Positions 7,909-15,281 of a DNA stretch of 32,000 nt are shown piece by piece. Position 1 is the first letter of the stretch. The number at the start of each line of letters is the position of its first letter. Below the pieces are notes generated by a model. That model worked only from the letters and a program-made list of their open reading frames with translations, was not told where the DNA came from and ran no database searches. The DNA lies in assembly GCF_011395035.1 (NCBI RefSeq), contig NZ_CP024768.1:2744412-2776411 (forward strand), given 5' to 3'. The stretch comes from Pantoea cypripedii. Its GTDB lineage: Bacteria > Pseudomonadota > Gammaproteobacteria > Enterobacterales > Enterobacteriaceae. The translations under genes and the position numbers were made by a program.

Positions 7909-8436
7909 TTAAATTGTGGCTAAATGGCTAACAGAAGTCAACATGTTATTTGCAGAATGCTTAACTTTCGATACGCGTTTGCGATCGTTAAAGGCATTTT
8001 GCAGCGGCTGGTACAAAATGAACAAACTAGCGTTGAGAATCTCATCTACCTCATTCCTGCACGTAGCGAATGACGGCTTTCTGAAACTCTCTCCACTTCT
8101 GCCGGACATTTTGCGGGGACTTGCGACCTTGTGATAGTAAGATGCAATTGCACGCTTGGATGAGCCGTGTGCGTAGTAACTGAGCAGGATGCCATAGGCT
8201 TTTTTATCGATAGACATGACGGAGTCCACGACCTGAGAAATCAAGAGTCCGTCATCATCGTTGCACATTGGCCTGGTTGTGTAGGGTTGCGGCTCAACGG
8301 TAGCCATGAAGTGCGCTATCATGCTGCTTTGCCGCTTCTCCAGCCTTCCGCTATAGACCCATGCACCCCATAATTCCATCCACCCATTAATCCAGTCGTG
8401 CTGGCCTTTATCGAGATTCAGCTCTCTTACCGACAT
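7909..8436 (-). CDS. Q: Late antiterminator Q (QuuD/PF06530-like)
   Basis: Start at MSVRELNLDK with a strong AGGAGG SD. LWGAWVY...RPMCNDDDGLLISQVV...LLSYYAHGSS matches the recalled QuuD-type pattern. Positioned immediately upstream of the lysis genes. Confidence 0.8.
   Translation of the reverse strand: MSVRELNLDKGQHDWINGWMELWGAWVYSGRLEKRQSSMIAHFMATVEPQPYTTRPMCNDDDGLLISQVVDSVMSIDKKAYGILLSYYAHGSSKRAIASYYHKVASPRKMSGRSGESFRKPSFATCRNEVDEILNASLFILYQPLQNAFNDRKRVSKVKHSANNMLTSVSHLATI
7913..7941 (-). promoter_or_regulatory. Candidate late promoter PR' (target of Q)
   Basis: On the minus strand TTGACT (7941-7936), a 17-nt spacer, then CACAAT (7918-7913), at the 3' end of Q. Short terminated leaders follow, as in the lambda PR'/6S arrangement. 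Confidence 0.35.
8111..8143 (+). promoter_or_regulatory. Candidate CII-dependent antisense promoter inside Q (paQ-like)
   Basis: TTGC-ggggac-TTGC at 8111-8124 on the strand antisense to Q. TAAGAT lies 13 nt downstream (8138-8143). Confidence 0.4.
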
Positions 8437-8539
8437 TTCTTCTTCCTCCTGGGTGATAAATCCCACGATTGAACATGAGTTGGCTGGGGTTCTGGTTTGA
8501 TGGGGGTGAAGTGGGTGAGAAGTTTGGTTAGCCAGGCGT

Positions 8540-8740
8540 TTACCATGCTGCGTGCTCTCCCGTTCCGCCGCAGTGCTGACATGGTTTCCTCACGATCTCG
8601 CCCGTTCCTGCATTGTTGAATATCGGGTAACAGCTTATGGTCCCTCTGCCAAAACAGATTGAGCATTTCACTTTTGGCGTGAACCTATTTCTCGCCATGG
8701 TTTTTCTGGCGTTATCCAGTACTTCTTCAATGGTCATCAT
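8540..8740 (-). CDS. Small DnaJ-type zinc-finger protein
   Basis: 66 aa with two CxxCxGxG motifs (CSICFGRG, CQHCGGTG). Its ATG overlaps the ninG TGA. Confidence 0.6.
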   Translation of the reverse strand: MMTIEEVLDNARKTMARNRFTPKVKCSICFGRGTISCYPIFNNAGTGEIVRKPCQHCGGTGEHAAW

Positions 8741-9369
8741 GCTGCCTGCTCCATTTGCCGTTTGCGTAGCTTTTCGTAATGACGTGCCCGGCGCGTGAAT
8801 ATGGCCTTCACCCGCTTCAGGTAGTCGATGTTGAATTTTCGTGGTTCGTTGTCAGCCTCAAGCCGTTCAACTCTCTCCAGGCTAATGCGCTCAATAAGCC
8901 GGATACGGAACTCCACAGCGTTGCCACTGAGTTGCCGGTTGCAGCGGGTGCACGCCGCATGGACATTGAACACGTTAAATCTGAGGTGAGATGCTGCACC
9001 GCGAGAGCGGTAATGGCTGGCGTCTACTGCGCTGCCGGTGAGGTAATTGCTGTTGCTGATGAGAACGCCGCCGCAACTGGCGCATTCTCTGCCCAAATCA
9101 CGGAACCGGATGTACCTGTTAAACGCTGCCTGAGCCTCTTTCTGCCATTCTGCTAAACCCTTTAACGCTTCCCTTCTCTGCCGTAAATCATCGCGCTGTA
9201 GCTTGTCCTGCTTCCTCTGTTCACGCGCAGCATTACGCTCATCAACCTTTTTGTTGAAGGCTATTGCGCATTTGAAGTTGTGGCAGACTTTCTGAAGAGA
9301 ACTTCGGGGGATGTATTGGGTGGAGCAGATGGGGCAGGTCTTAGGCTTGGGCGTTTTGCCTTTAGCCAT
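8737..9369 (-). CDS. ninG: NinG (lambda NinG/Rap family)
   Basis: MAKGKTPKPKTCPICSTQYIPRSSLQKVCHNFKCAIAF... has Cys clusters and a basic middle region, as in lambda NinG. AGGAGG SD. Lies in the nin region. Confidence 0.85.
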   Translation of the reverse strand: MAKGKTPKPKTCPICSTQYIPRSSLQKVCHNFKCAIAFNKKVDERNAAREQRKQDKLQRDDLRQRREALKGLAEWQKEAQAAFNRYIRFRDLGRECASCGGVLISNSNYLTGSAVDASHYRSRGAASHLRFNVFNVHAACTRCNRQLSGNAVEFRIRLIERISLERVERLEADNEPRKFNIDYLKRVKAIFTRRARHYEKLRKRQMEQAA

Positions 9370-9889
9370 TGGCGACCTCCTGTGCTTCAGTATTCACCGG
9401 CAGACCGTCATAGATTTCCTTCAGGTGCCCGCGAATATCCATGCGTCGCAGTGCGCTGAACATCATGTCGCACTCAGCCTGCTTGTTTCCCCTGAATGGT
9501 TTTGATTCCTCATTCACCCAGGACCAGTTGGCAGGCCAGCCATAAACCTTCTTCACCCGTCCTTTCACCACATGAAGCAATCCCCAGCCATCAGGTAAAT
9601 CAGCAACCTCCACGACGCCTGGTTCACTGATAAAAAATCGCCAGTCCCCCATTCCCTTCTCGGGGTCGATGCGGAATGGCTTTTTACGGTCTGCCAGCAA
9701 ATCAGCGCGTGAGCATTTGACCTCTACCAGGCATGACGCACCATTGCGGAAACCAATAGCGTCAGGCTGCTCTCCGTATGCGGTCCATGCGCGGAACTTG
9801 TCGTGAAATGCCACCTTGAATCCATTGTTTTGCAGGAAGCGGCAGGCGATATCGCAAAGCTCATCGTGAGATAGTTTTTCCTCAGCCAT
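9362..9889 (-). CDS. PD-(D/E)XK nuclease-fold protein (MmcB-like)
   Basis: 175 aa. PDAIGFRNGASCLVEVKCSRADL fits a D...ExK nuclease core. AGGAGAAG SD. Confidence 0.55.
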   Translation of the reverse strand: MAEEKLSHDELCDIACRFLQNNGFKVAFHDKFRAWTAYGEQPDAIGFRNGASCLVEVKCSRADLLADRKKPFRIDPEKGMGDWRFFISEPGVVEVADLPDGWGLLHVVKGRVKKVYGWPANWSWVNEESKPFRGNKQAECDMMFSALRRMDIRGHLKEIYDGLPVNTEAQEVANG

Positions 9890-10109
9890 TGGCTTCTTCT
9901 CCTATCAAATTCCACAGACTGTTTTTCTTCCATCCACGTTCTCCCGTTGGTTCCCGCTCTGAATAGGGCAACAACGCGCTCACAATCCACAGGCGCGGAT
10001 CCGTTGCGAGGGTCTTTCTGGTCTGGATGTTTCGGGAGGCGTAAGAGGCGAGGAGTTCGTTTGCTGTTTCAGTGTTAAGGGGTTCGTGGCAATACCAGCT
10101 ATATCTCAT
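9882..10109 (-). CDS. Hypothetical nin-region protein (75 aa)
   Basis: Strong GGGAGGGAAG SD. It overlaps both neighbours by 8-11 nt. Confidence 0.5.
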   Translation of the reverse strand: MRYSWYCHEPLNTETANELLASYASRNIQTRKTLATDPRLWIVSALLPYSEREPTGERGWKKNSLWNLIGEEANG

Positions 10110-10446
10110 TGGCTTCCCTCCCCTGCCTGATTAGCCGGTCAAACTCCTGAACTGGACTATGGCGGCACTCTTCGAAAACCGTATTCACAGAATCCTTTCG
10201 TGGTTTCTGGAAATTTTCCTGGCGCACTCTGGCAGGTTTGCCATCCATGTAGCCTACTCTCAGTCTGCAAACATGGTCGTGGTTATGACCCTGGCGACTA
10301 ACGATTCCGGCTGTCACCATTTTTGACAGCATCCCCATTGATGAGCATCGAAGAAATCCTAATGTCTCAATGTGGTTGTGTATCTGAGTTGATGTGGCAT
10401 GACCTTGCTCTTTCAGGTACTTGATAATCTCTTCGCGTATCATCAT
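10099..10446 (-). CDS. Hypothetical protein, possible winged-helix DNA binder
   Basis: 115 aa. The N-terminal IIKYLKEQGHATSTQIHNHI looks wHTH-like. Its ATG overlaps the methylase TGA. Confidence 0.45.
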   Translation of the reverse strand: MMIREEIIKYLKEQGHATSTQIHNHIETLGFLRCSSMGMLSKMVTAGIVSRQGHNHDHVCRLRVGYMDGKPARVRQENFQKPRKDSVNTVFEECRHSPVQEFDRLIRQGREANEI

Positions 10447-11033
10447 GCTGCGCTCCTGTTCTCTTTGATGCTGGCAATGCCCGGCAACAGATCAAACGCG
10501 TTATCACACTGATTGCCCCACATATCCCATCCTGAAACGCTGTCCCGGCTGAATAACTCGCAACGCGGAACGTCACCCAGCAGCCTGACGAGCAGATCCC
10601 TGAACTCTGGAGGCTTGGCGCTGTGCTCCATACGGGGAGCTGTAAGGTGCTGGCAGATTGACGCATCCAGTCGCTGTGGCAATTTACCGCGAACGGCAAA
10701 CAGGCAGTCCTCGCTATTGGCGCGAGTCATATGGCCCATGCCGATCGCACTATTACCCTTGTGTTTGTTGGTTTTGTGCCAGGTGAATCCCTTCATGGTC
10801 ATCAGCCGGAATCCCCAGGCATCCATTACTTTGAGGGCTTCAAGCGGCTGCGTTGGTACCCACCACATAGCCAGGAGGCACGAGGCAGGATCTGCCAGGC
10901 CCCACACTGGCAACCGACTAATGTCTGCCACGCTCATGGTTTGGTATTTATGCCCGGCACCACGCTTGCCATCGTCGGCTTTATCGCGATATGTCCAGGG
11001 TGGATCCGCATAAATCAACGTGTATTTTTTCAT
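10443..11033 (-). CDS. MT-A70 family DNA N6-adenine methyltransferase
   Basis: Catalytic motif IYADPPWTY. 196 aa. ATGA coupling to ninB. Confidence 0.85.
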   Translation of the reverse strand: MKKYTLIYADPPWTYRDKADDGKRGAGHKYQTMSVADISRLPVWGLADPASCLLAMWWVPTQPLEALKVMDAWGFRLMTMKGFTWHKTNKHKGNSAIGMGHMTRANSEDCLFAVRGKLPQRLDASICQHLTAPRMEHSAKPPEFRDLLVRLLGDVPRCELFSRDSVSGWDMWGNQCDNAFDLLPGIASIKENRSAA

Positions 11034-11467
11034 GCTGCTCTCCCGAAATAATCATTGCTGTACCGCACCTCGCGGAGCTTTACGCCATTTCCAACCGCCC
11101 ACGCTGATGAATACTCAATGAGGCTAGTCATGCGCTTGATGCCCATTTTTGCCGTTGATTCCCTGATGTTGCAGAATTCGCCTTCCAGGCCGGGTACAAC
11201 CTCAGCACCCAAACCAGTCGCCACGGCGTGACCAGACACGAACAGCGTTTTCCACTGAACAGGCGTTCTCTTCTCCTGCATCCAGATGGCCTGTTGTGCC
11301 ACGTCGCCGCATAGCGCATGGAACATGCTGTTCTGAAGGAGTGAGCGGTCGAAGTCAGTGATGCGGACAGTGAGGGGATGGTGGTCGCTGATGGGGAGTT
11401 TGTTTATCGCGTCTATCAGGTTTCTTCGTACCTGCTCATTTCGCAGGAAGAACGTCATTTTCTCCAT
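11030..11467 (-). CDS. ninB: NinB (Orf-family recombination mediator)
   Basis: 145 aa, alignable by eye to lambda NinB (DRSLLQN..., C-terminal ...GRAA). Confidence 0.8.
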   Translation of the reverse strand: MEKMTFFLRNEQVRRNLIDAINKLPISDHHPLTVRITDFDRSLLQNSMFHALCGDVAQQAIWMQEKRTPVQWKTLFVSGHAVATGLGAEVVPGLEGEFCNIRESTAKMGIKRMTSLIEYSSAWAVGNGVKLREVRYSNDYFGRAA

Positions 11468-11482
11468 CGTTTTTCTCCTGTA

Positions 11483-11653
11483 TCAGTCCTCTGGCGGGGT
11501 TGGTAGCGGCATCCAGTGAGTGATATTGGGAGCGACAAATTGGTTCGCTTGCCAGTTCCCCCAAATAAACGGATATGTAGTTACAAACCGGCCATCCCAA
11601 CAGATGAATAATCCATCCCGGTCTGGCAGGCGGTCAGAGCATTTAATCCACAT
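11483..11653 (-). CDS. DUF551-like small protein (56 aa)
   Basis: Hand-translated as MWIKCSDRLPDRDGLFICWDGRF...ITHWMPLPTPPED, a DUF551 hallmark. TGATG coupling. Below the ORF-track cutoff. Confidence 0.6.
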   Translation of the reverse strand: MWIKCSDRLPDRDGLFICWDGRFVTTYPFIWGNWQANQFVAPNITHWMPLPTPPED

Positions 11654-11748
11654 CACATTCCCCTCCTGACCATTTCACGAAGGCCAAAGAAAAGGGCCAG
11701 CATAGATGCGAGGCCCGATATCAGTTCTCCGATGTATGTGTCTGTCAT
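11653..11748 (-). CDS. Candidate 31-aa hydrophobic peptide
   Basis: MTDTYIGELISGLASMLALFFGLREMVRRGM. ATGA overlap with the upstream gene and TGATG overlap with the downstream gene. Confidence 0.35.
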   Translation of the reverse strand: MTDTYIGELISGLASMLALFFGLREMVRRGM

Positions 11749-11966
11749 GATTCACCTTTTATCTTCAGCCCTGCTTCTGTGATAGCTTCACGAACGTCCC
11801 GACTTTCCATCATGTGCTCGCACCCGTAGCCACAGTAATAGCCGCCTGTTGGCAATTCGATTTCAATCGACGCCCGGCTCGCTTCCCATACTTCAAGAGC
11901 TGCTGAGTAAGTCATGTTAAGCCTCCTGCCGGAGTACCATTTCTCAAAGAGTTCCTGTGAGTTCAT
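11745..11966 (-). CDS. Hypothetical nin-region protein (73 aa)
   Basis: Start at MNSQELFEKWY with an AGGAGG SD. ATGA coupled. Confidence 0.55.
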   Translation of the reverse strand: MNSQELFEKWYSGRRLNMTYSAALEVWEASRASIEIELPTGGYYCGYGCEHMMESRDVREAITEAGLKIKGES

Positions 11967-12127
11967 TGGGCCTCCTGTTTGCTGCGCGCCAGCCATGCTG
12001 ACCATGCTGCAAGCTCAATTACCTGTTGCTCACGACTTGGCAGCCCCCTGAATTCCTCAGGCTTAATGAATGTGTTTCTGAACCAATGCGTGAAGGTTTT
12101 CAACTCTGTCTCATCGTTGCTGGTCAT
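11963..12127 (-). CDS. Hypothetical nin-region protein (54 aa)
   Basis: Start at MTSNDETELK with an AGGTGG SD. ATGA coupled. Confidence 0.5.
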   Translation of the reverse strand: MTSNDETELKTFTHWFRNTFIKPEEFRGLPSREQQVIELAAWSAWLARSKQEAQ

Positions 12128-12306
12128 AGTCCACCTGTGTTTTTGGCGTTCTGGATTGCCGCTATCAAATCCGCAGCCCACACAGTTCGCTTCTCACCGC
12201 CAATAAACTCAATTACTACCATGCGATTGTTTGACCAGTGGCTATGCACTTGAACATCTGACTTGGAAGGTTGATCGTAATTTTTAATTTCGCTCGTTAC
12301 TTTCAT
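12124..12306 (-). CDS. Hypothetical nin-region protein (60 aa)
   Basis: Start at MKVTSEIKNY with a GAGGGGTGGGTG SD. Coupled to its neighbours. Confidence 0.5.
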   Translation of the reverse strand: MKVTSEIKNYDQPSKSDVQVHSHWSNNRMVVIEFIGGEKRTVWAADLIAAIQNAKNTGGL

Positions 12307-12476
12307 CACCCACCCCTCTGCTGGTTGCTGGCAGGCGACCGCCACTTTCTCACCACTTCGCGGGCTGCCGTTTCGATTTCTTTCTGGGTCGTTTTACCCC
12401 AGTCAATTTTTGACTTCTCCCCATACACCCGCTTAACCAGCTCATCACGGGTAAGGCCGTGGGTTACCTGTGTCAT
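12306..12476 (-). CDS. Hypothetical protein (56 aa) immediately after P
   Basis: MTQVTHGLTRDELVKRVYGEKSKIDWGK... with a GGGAGGA SD. Its ATG overlaps the P TGA. It is the last 56 codons of the 140-aa track ORF. Confidence 0.5.
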   Translation of the reverse strand: MTQVTHGLTRDELVKRVYGEKSKIDWGKTTQKEIETAAREVVRKWRSPASNQQRGG

Positions 12477-13171
12477 GATGTCCTCCCGGCTTTCAGAGTG
12501 GCGCGAAGCATGGCAACGCCTTCCAGTGATTTCTCTTTGGTGGATGGGATGGATAGCTTCAGCAGCTGCTTGCGTGGCTCCGGGATAATCTCGCCCGCTT
12601 CGATGCGCTGCGACATCTTGCGAAGTTCCGATCGACACTTCACGCGAAGCTCTGACTCGCTCAGATTCCCGGCGCGCATCATGCTGTACAGGCCGGTGAC
12701 CATCCAGTAATCGGCGTTGCTCTCCCAAGGATAATCTTCAGCTGAGTTGTAACCACCACGGCGGGCGCAGTAGGTCATCACCATTCCGTAGAGTTCGTCT
12801 TCGTCAGGCAGGCCAGCGGCGAGTGATGTCGCCTCTTTGCACCAGGCAATGAATTCTCCCGGCGATGGCAGGAACGGTGAGGCATTGGCGCGCGCCTGAC
12901 GCATCCCGGCTGACAACTGCTGCTTGCTGTGAATGCCGTTTTCGGCAAACGCGGCGATCCACTGACGTTTGGCCGATGCCTCGTCTTCAGGGCGCCTCCA
13001 TGCAGTGCTTACCGAGGCCGGGAAAACCTGCTTCAGGTTTGCGAACAGAGCATCAACCAGGCGCTCTACGTTTTCGTTAACGCCACGGTCTACAGGTTGC
13101 GGCCCATCGCCAGCCATACGGGCCAGTGCTCCGCCATCGCGGTTGTTAACTGCTGCAATGAGGTTTCTCAT
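12473..13171 (-). CDS. P: Replication protein P (DnaB helicase loader)
   Basis: Start at MRNLIAAVNN. It aligns along its length with recalled lambda P (FPAS..., RQWIAAFAENGI, SPFLPSPGEFIAWC, YPWESNADYWMVT, EPRKQL). Confidence 0.9.
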   Translation of the reverse strand: MRNLIAAVNNRDGGALARMAGDGPQPVDRGVNENVERLVDALFANLKQVFPASVSTAWRRPEDEASAKRQWIAAFAENGIHSKQQLSAGMRQARANASPFLPSPGEFIAWCKEATSLAAGLPDEDELYGMVMTYCARRGGYNSAEDYPWESNADYWMVTGLYSMMRAGNLSESELRVKCRSELRKMSQRIEAGEIIPEPRKQLLKLSIPSTKEKSLEGVAMLRATLKAGRTS

Positions 13172-14031
13172 ATGAATTTTTCCTCCCACTCACGACGGTC
13201 ATTCCAGTGATTAACTGGAGCATTCACAACCTGTTTGCTTCCACGATTCAGGGGTTGTTTGTTCTGGTAGCTGAGTTTCTGACTGGCAGTGATAAACCAG
13301 TTCTTTGGCTTCTCATGCGTGAACTCGATATCGAGCTTTTCCAGTTCATAGTTCAGGTCGATGTTCGGGTAGAGGCGCTTCCAAGCTTCGTAGTCCTTGT
13401 GGTTTAACCGAACGATATTTCCCTCGAACGCATACCGGCCTGACATAGCATGAACCGTAGCCTGCACCTCTCCCTCGCAAGTCGCGTCAGCGGCTTGGGT
13501 GTTATAGGGAATCAGGTTAAGGGAATCAGGAATCAGGTTAAGGGAATCAGCAGGATTTAAATTGTTCTCAACTGGTTCTTGCACCGTACTTGCACTGTGC
13601 TTTTCTGGTACTTCATTTAATTCAATGGGTTGAGGATTTATTTCCGGTTCTTCCACTGGGTCAGCATCATTCTTTACTGGTGCTTCTTCCGGTTCAGGTT
13701 GTGCGGTGCATGGTTCTGGTATCTCACTGGCCGCTTCTTTACAGTGTGGATTCTGATGCTTCTTCCAGTTTGAAATCTGGATATAGGCATTGCCATCCAC
13801 TGAATAGCGATTGATAAATTGGCGATCATGGAGTTGCTTCAGGCAGTCATCGCAATCGACATTGTCGAACGGCAACACGAGAGCTTTAATCTTTTTGGGG
13901 CGATCATCCAGCCGCCCCTCTTTATCTGCGATAGTCCACAACCCGGCAAACAACAGCCGGGCAAGTGGCGAGCATTCGGCCAGTTCATCATTTGTGAAAA
14001 AGCCAGGTTTGATGTTTCTGGATCGAGCCAT
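13168..14031 (-). CDS. Replication initiator (O-analogue) carrying internal origin iterons
   Basis: 287 aa directly upstream of and coupled to P. Acidic/Pro-rich linker and an internal tandem DNA repeat. The N-terminus (NIKPGFFTNDELAECSPLARLLFAGLWTIADKEGRL) is not lambda-O-like. Confidence 0.7.
   Translation of the reverse strand: MARSRNIKPGFFTNDELAECSPLARLLFAGLWTIADKEGRLDDRPKKIKALVLPFDNVDCDDCLKQLHDRQFINRYSVDGNAYIQISNWKKHQNPHCKEAASEIPEPCTAQPEPEEAPVKNDADPVEEPEINPQPIELNEVPEKHSASTVQEPVENNLNPADSLNLIPDSLNLIPYNTQAADATCEGEVQATVHAMSGRYAFEGNIVRLNHKDYEAWKRLYPNIDLNYELEKLDIEFTHEKPKNWFITASQKLSYQNKQPLNRGSKQVVNAPVNHWNDRREWEEKFI
13508..13551. repeat. Probable ori iterons
   Basis: Perfect 20-bp tandem repeat AATCAGGTTAAGGGAATCAG with 21-bp period (13510-13529 and 13531-13550). 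This gives four GGAATCAG cores. ATTTAAATT follows. The repeat encodes DSLNLIPDSLNLIP. Confidence 0.7.
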
Positions 14032-14040
14032 AAAGTCACC

Positions 14041-14841
14041 TTAAAAAGGGATATCCTGCCGCGCTTCTTCAAGCCGGTCAGACACCCATAATTTGAATGT
14101 GGTCCAGTTAGGTACGACTTTGGCGAACTCAGTTAGCTCATCCAGATCCAGGCCGTAACTATTCCACGCCTTGAGGTAACTCATGACGTGAGCTTGGTTG
14201 ATATAAATTCTGTTTTTCAGAATGCCGCGGATGTAATAAATGCGCTGTTCCTCTGGAGGCTTGCGCTTTGTTGCGGCGACACGTGGTATGTAATCGAAAA
14301 ACTCACCAGTTAACTCCTGTGTTATTTCCTGAGTGAGCTTTCTATCTGCGGCGATCTCGATTGCATCCAAAACTTCTTCAAGCTTGTAGATTCGGAGCCA
14401 TCGTTTAATGGCTTTCTTGCCATTATCATTAACCGTGAATGGATTAATGCAATCTTCGATTTTGGTGGCGACGATATCTACAACATCATCTTTCAGGCTT
14501 TTAAGGCCATCGCGCCAACTGATCATCATTTCCAGCTGTTCACGCTTTAGATTCAATTCCTGAAGCTGTTGGCGTTGCTTTTCCAACACAGAGTTATCAT
14601 TCAACTCTCGATCGCTCTTACCACCATTACAGCTTTCGCACGAGGTGATAAGGTTCATCAAGTCGTTATCCCCACCCTTACTGACAGGTGTAACGTGATC
14701 CACATGAAGAATCACGTCAGGCGCAGAACTTCCGCAGTACTGACACTTAAATCCGTCACGCTTGAATACTTCAAAGCGGATTTTCTTGGTTACACCTGAG
14801 CGAACCTTTTTTACCTGGTCAGGCGTTGGTTTCTTTGGCAT
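14041..14841 (-). CDS. HNH endonuclease-domain protein with an uncharacterised ~170-aa C-terminal domain
   Basis: Start at MPKKPTPDQV with an AGGAG SD. HNH core is CQYCGSSAPDVILHVDHVTPVSKGGDNDLMNLITSCESCNGGKSDR. Lies between cII and the initiator gene. Confidence 0.75.
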   Translation of the reverse strand: MPKKPTPDQVKKVRSGVTKKIRFEVFKRDGFKCQYCGSSAPDVILHVDHVTPVSKGGDNDLMNLITSCESCNGGKSDRELNDNSVLEKQRQQLQELNLKREQLEMMISWRDGLKSLKDDVVDIVATKIEDCINPFTVNDNGKKAIKRWLRIYKLEEVLDAIEIAADRKLTQEITQELTGEFFDYIPRVAATKRKPPEEQRIYYIRGILKNRIYINQAHVMSYLKAWNSYGLDLDELTEFAKVVPNWTTFKLWVSDRLEEARQDIPF

Positions 14842-14850
14842 AATTACTCC

Positions 14851-14917
14851 TGTGAATTGATCCAGTCTTTTCGCATCAGGCCTCAAAGAGTTCGTCGCTC
14901 TTTGGGGCTTTTTCTTT
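14851..14917 (+). ncRNA. oop: oop-like antisense RNA (candidate)
   Basis: Plus-strand TGGTCA (14816-21), 17 nt, then CATAAT (14839-44). Strong terminator GCCTCAAAGAG-ttcgtcg-CTCTTTGGGGC plus TTTTTCTTT (14879-14917), antisense to the cII 3' end. The predicted length of about 70 nt resembles lambda oop. Confidence 0.5.
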
Positions 14918-15160
14918 GGCGCTGATCGCCTCAATCGTTTCCTGCACTAACCGGCCCATAGGGCTGACTTCCCACGCCATGCGTGCGGTGCAGATAATTG
15001 CCGCCACAAAACGCCAGTCAACTCGGCTGATTTTCGATTCGTGGCAGCCAACACCTTTGGCAAATTCACGGCCAGTCATCTGAGATACAGCCAGTAGCAG
15101 GTCTGTCTGAGTGCGATTAATCTCGCTCTCGGTTGGTTTGCTGTAGTTTGCTGATTCCAT
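14876..15160 (-). CDS. cII: CII-like transcriptional activator
   Basis: Start at MESANYSK (94 aa). HTH REFAKGVGCHESKISRVDW parallels lambda CII AEAVGVDKSQISRWKRDW. Positioned after cro/nutR. TTGC-N6-TTGC sites occur elsewhere in the prophage. Confidence 0.7.
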   Translation of the reverse strand: MESANYSKPTESEINRTQTDLLLAVSQMTGREFAKGVGCHESKISRVDWRFVAAIICTARMAWEVSPMGRLVQETIEAISAKEKAPKSDELFEA

Positions 15161-15188
15161 TACGTAATATTCCTTTTGAAATGAGTTA

Positions 15189-15202
15189 TTGCGTGACATT
15201 GC
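15189..15202 (+). promoter_or_regulatory. Candidate CII binding site / PRE -35 region
   Basis: TTGC-gtgaca-TTGC on the strand pointing toward cI, just upstream of the cII start. This is the layout of lambda PRE. Confidence 0.5.
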
Positions 15203-15241
15203 GTGAAGCAGTCACGTCATTGAATCGTTTGTTTGATTACT

Positions 15242-15273
15242 GCCCTTTTTCAGGGCGGGGATGTTTAAGAGCG
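15242..15273 (-). promoter_or_regulatory. nutR (boxA + boxB)
   Basis: On the minus strand CGCTCTTAA (boxA) is followed 8 nt later by GCCCTGAAAAAGGGC, which is identical to the lambda nutR boxB. Confidence 0.85.
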
Positions 15274-15281
15274 GGAACTGC

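Noticed and set aside
12306-12728. 140-aa ORF overlapping the 3' part of gene P
   Set aside because: Only the last 56 codons, downstream of the P stop, form a plausible gene with an SD and ATGA coupling. The rest is a shadow frame of P.
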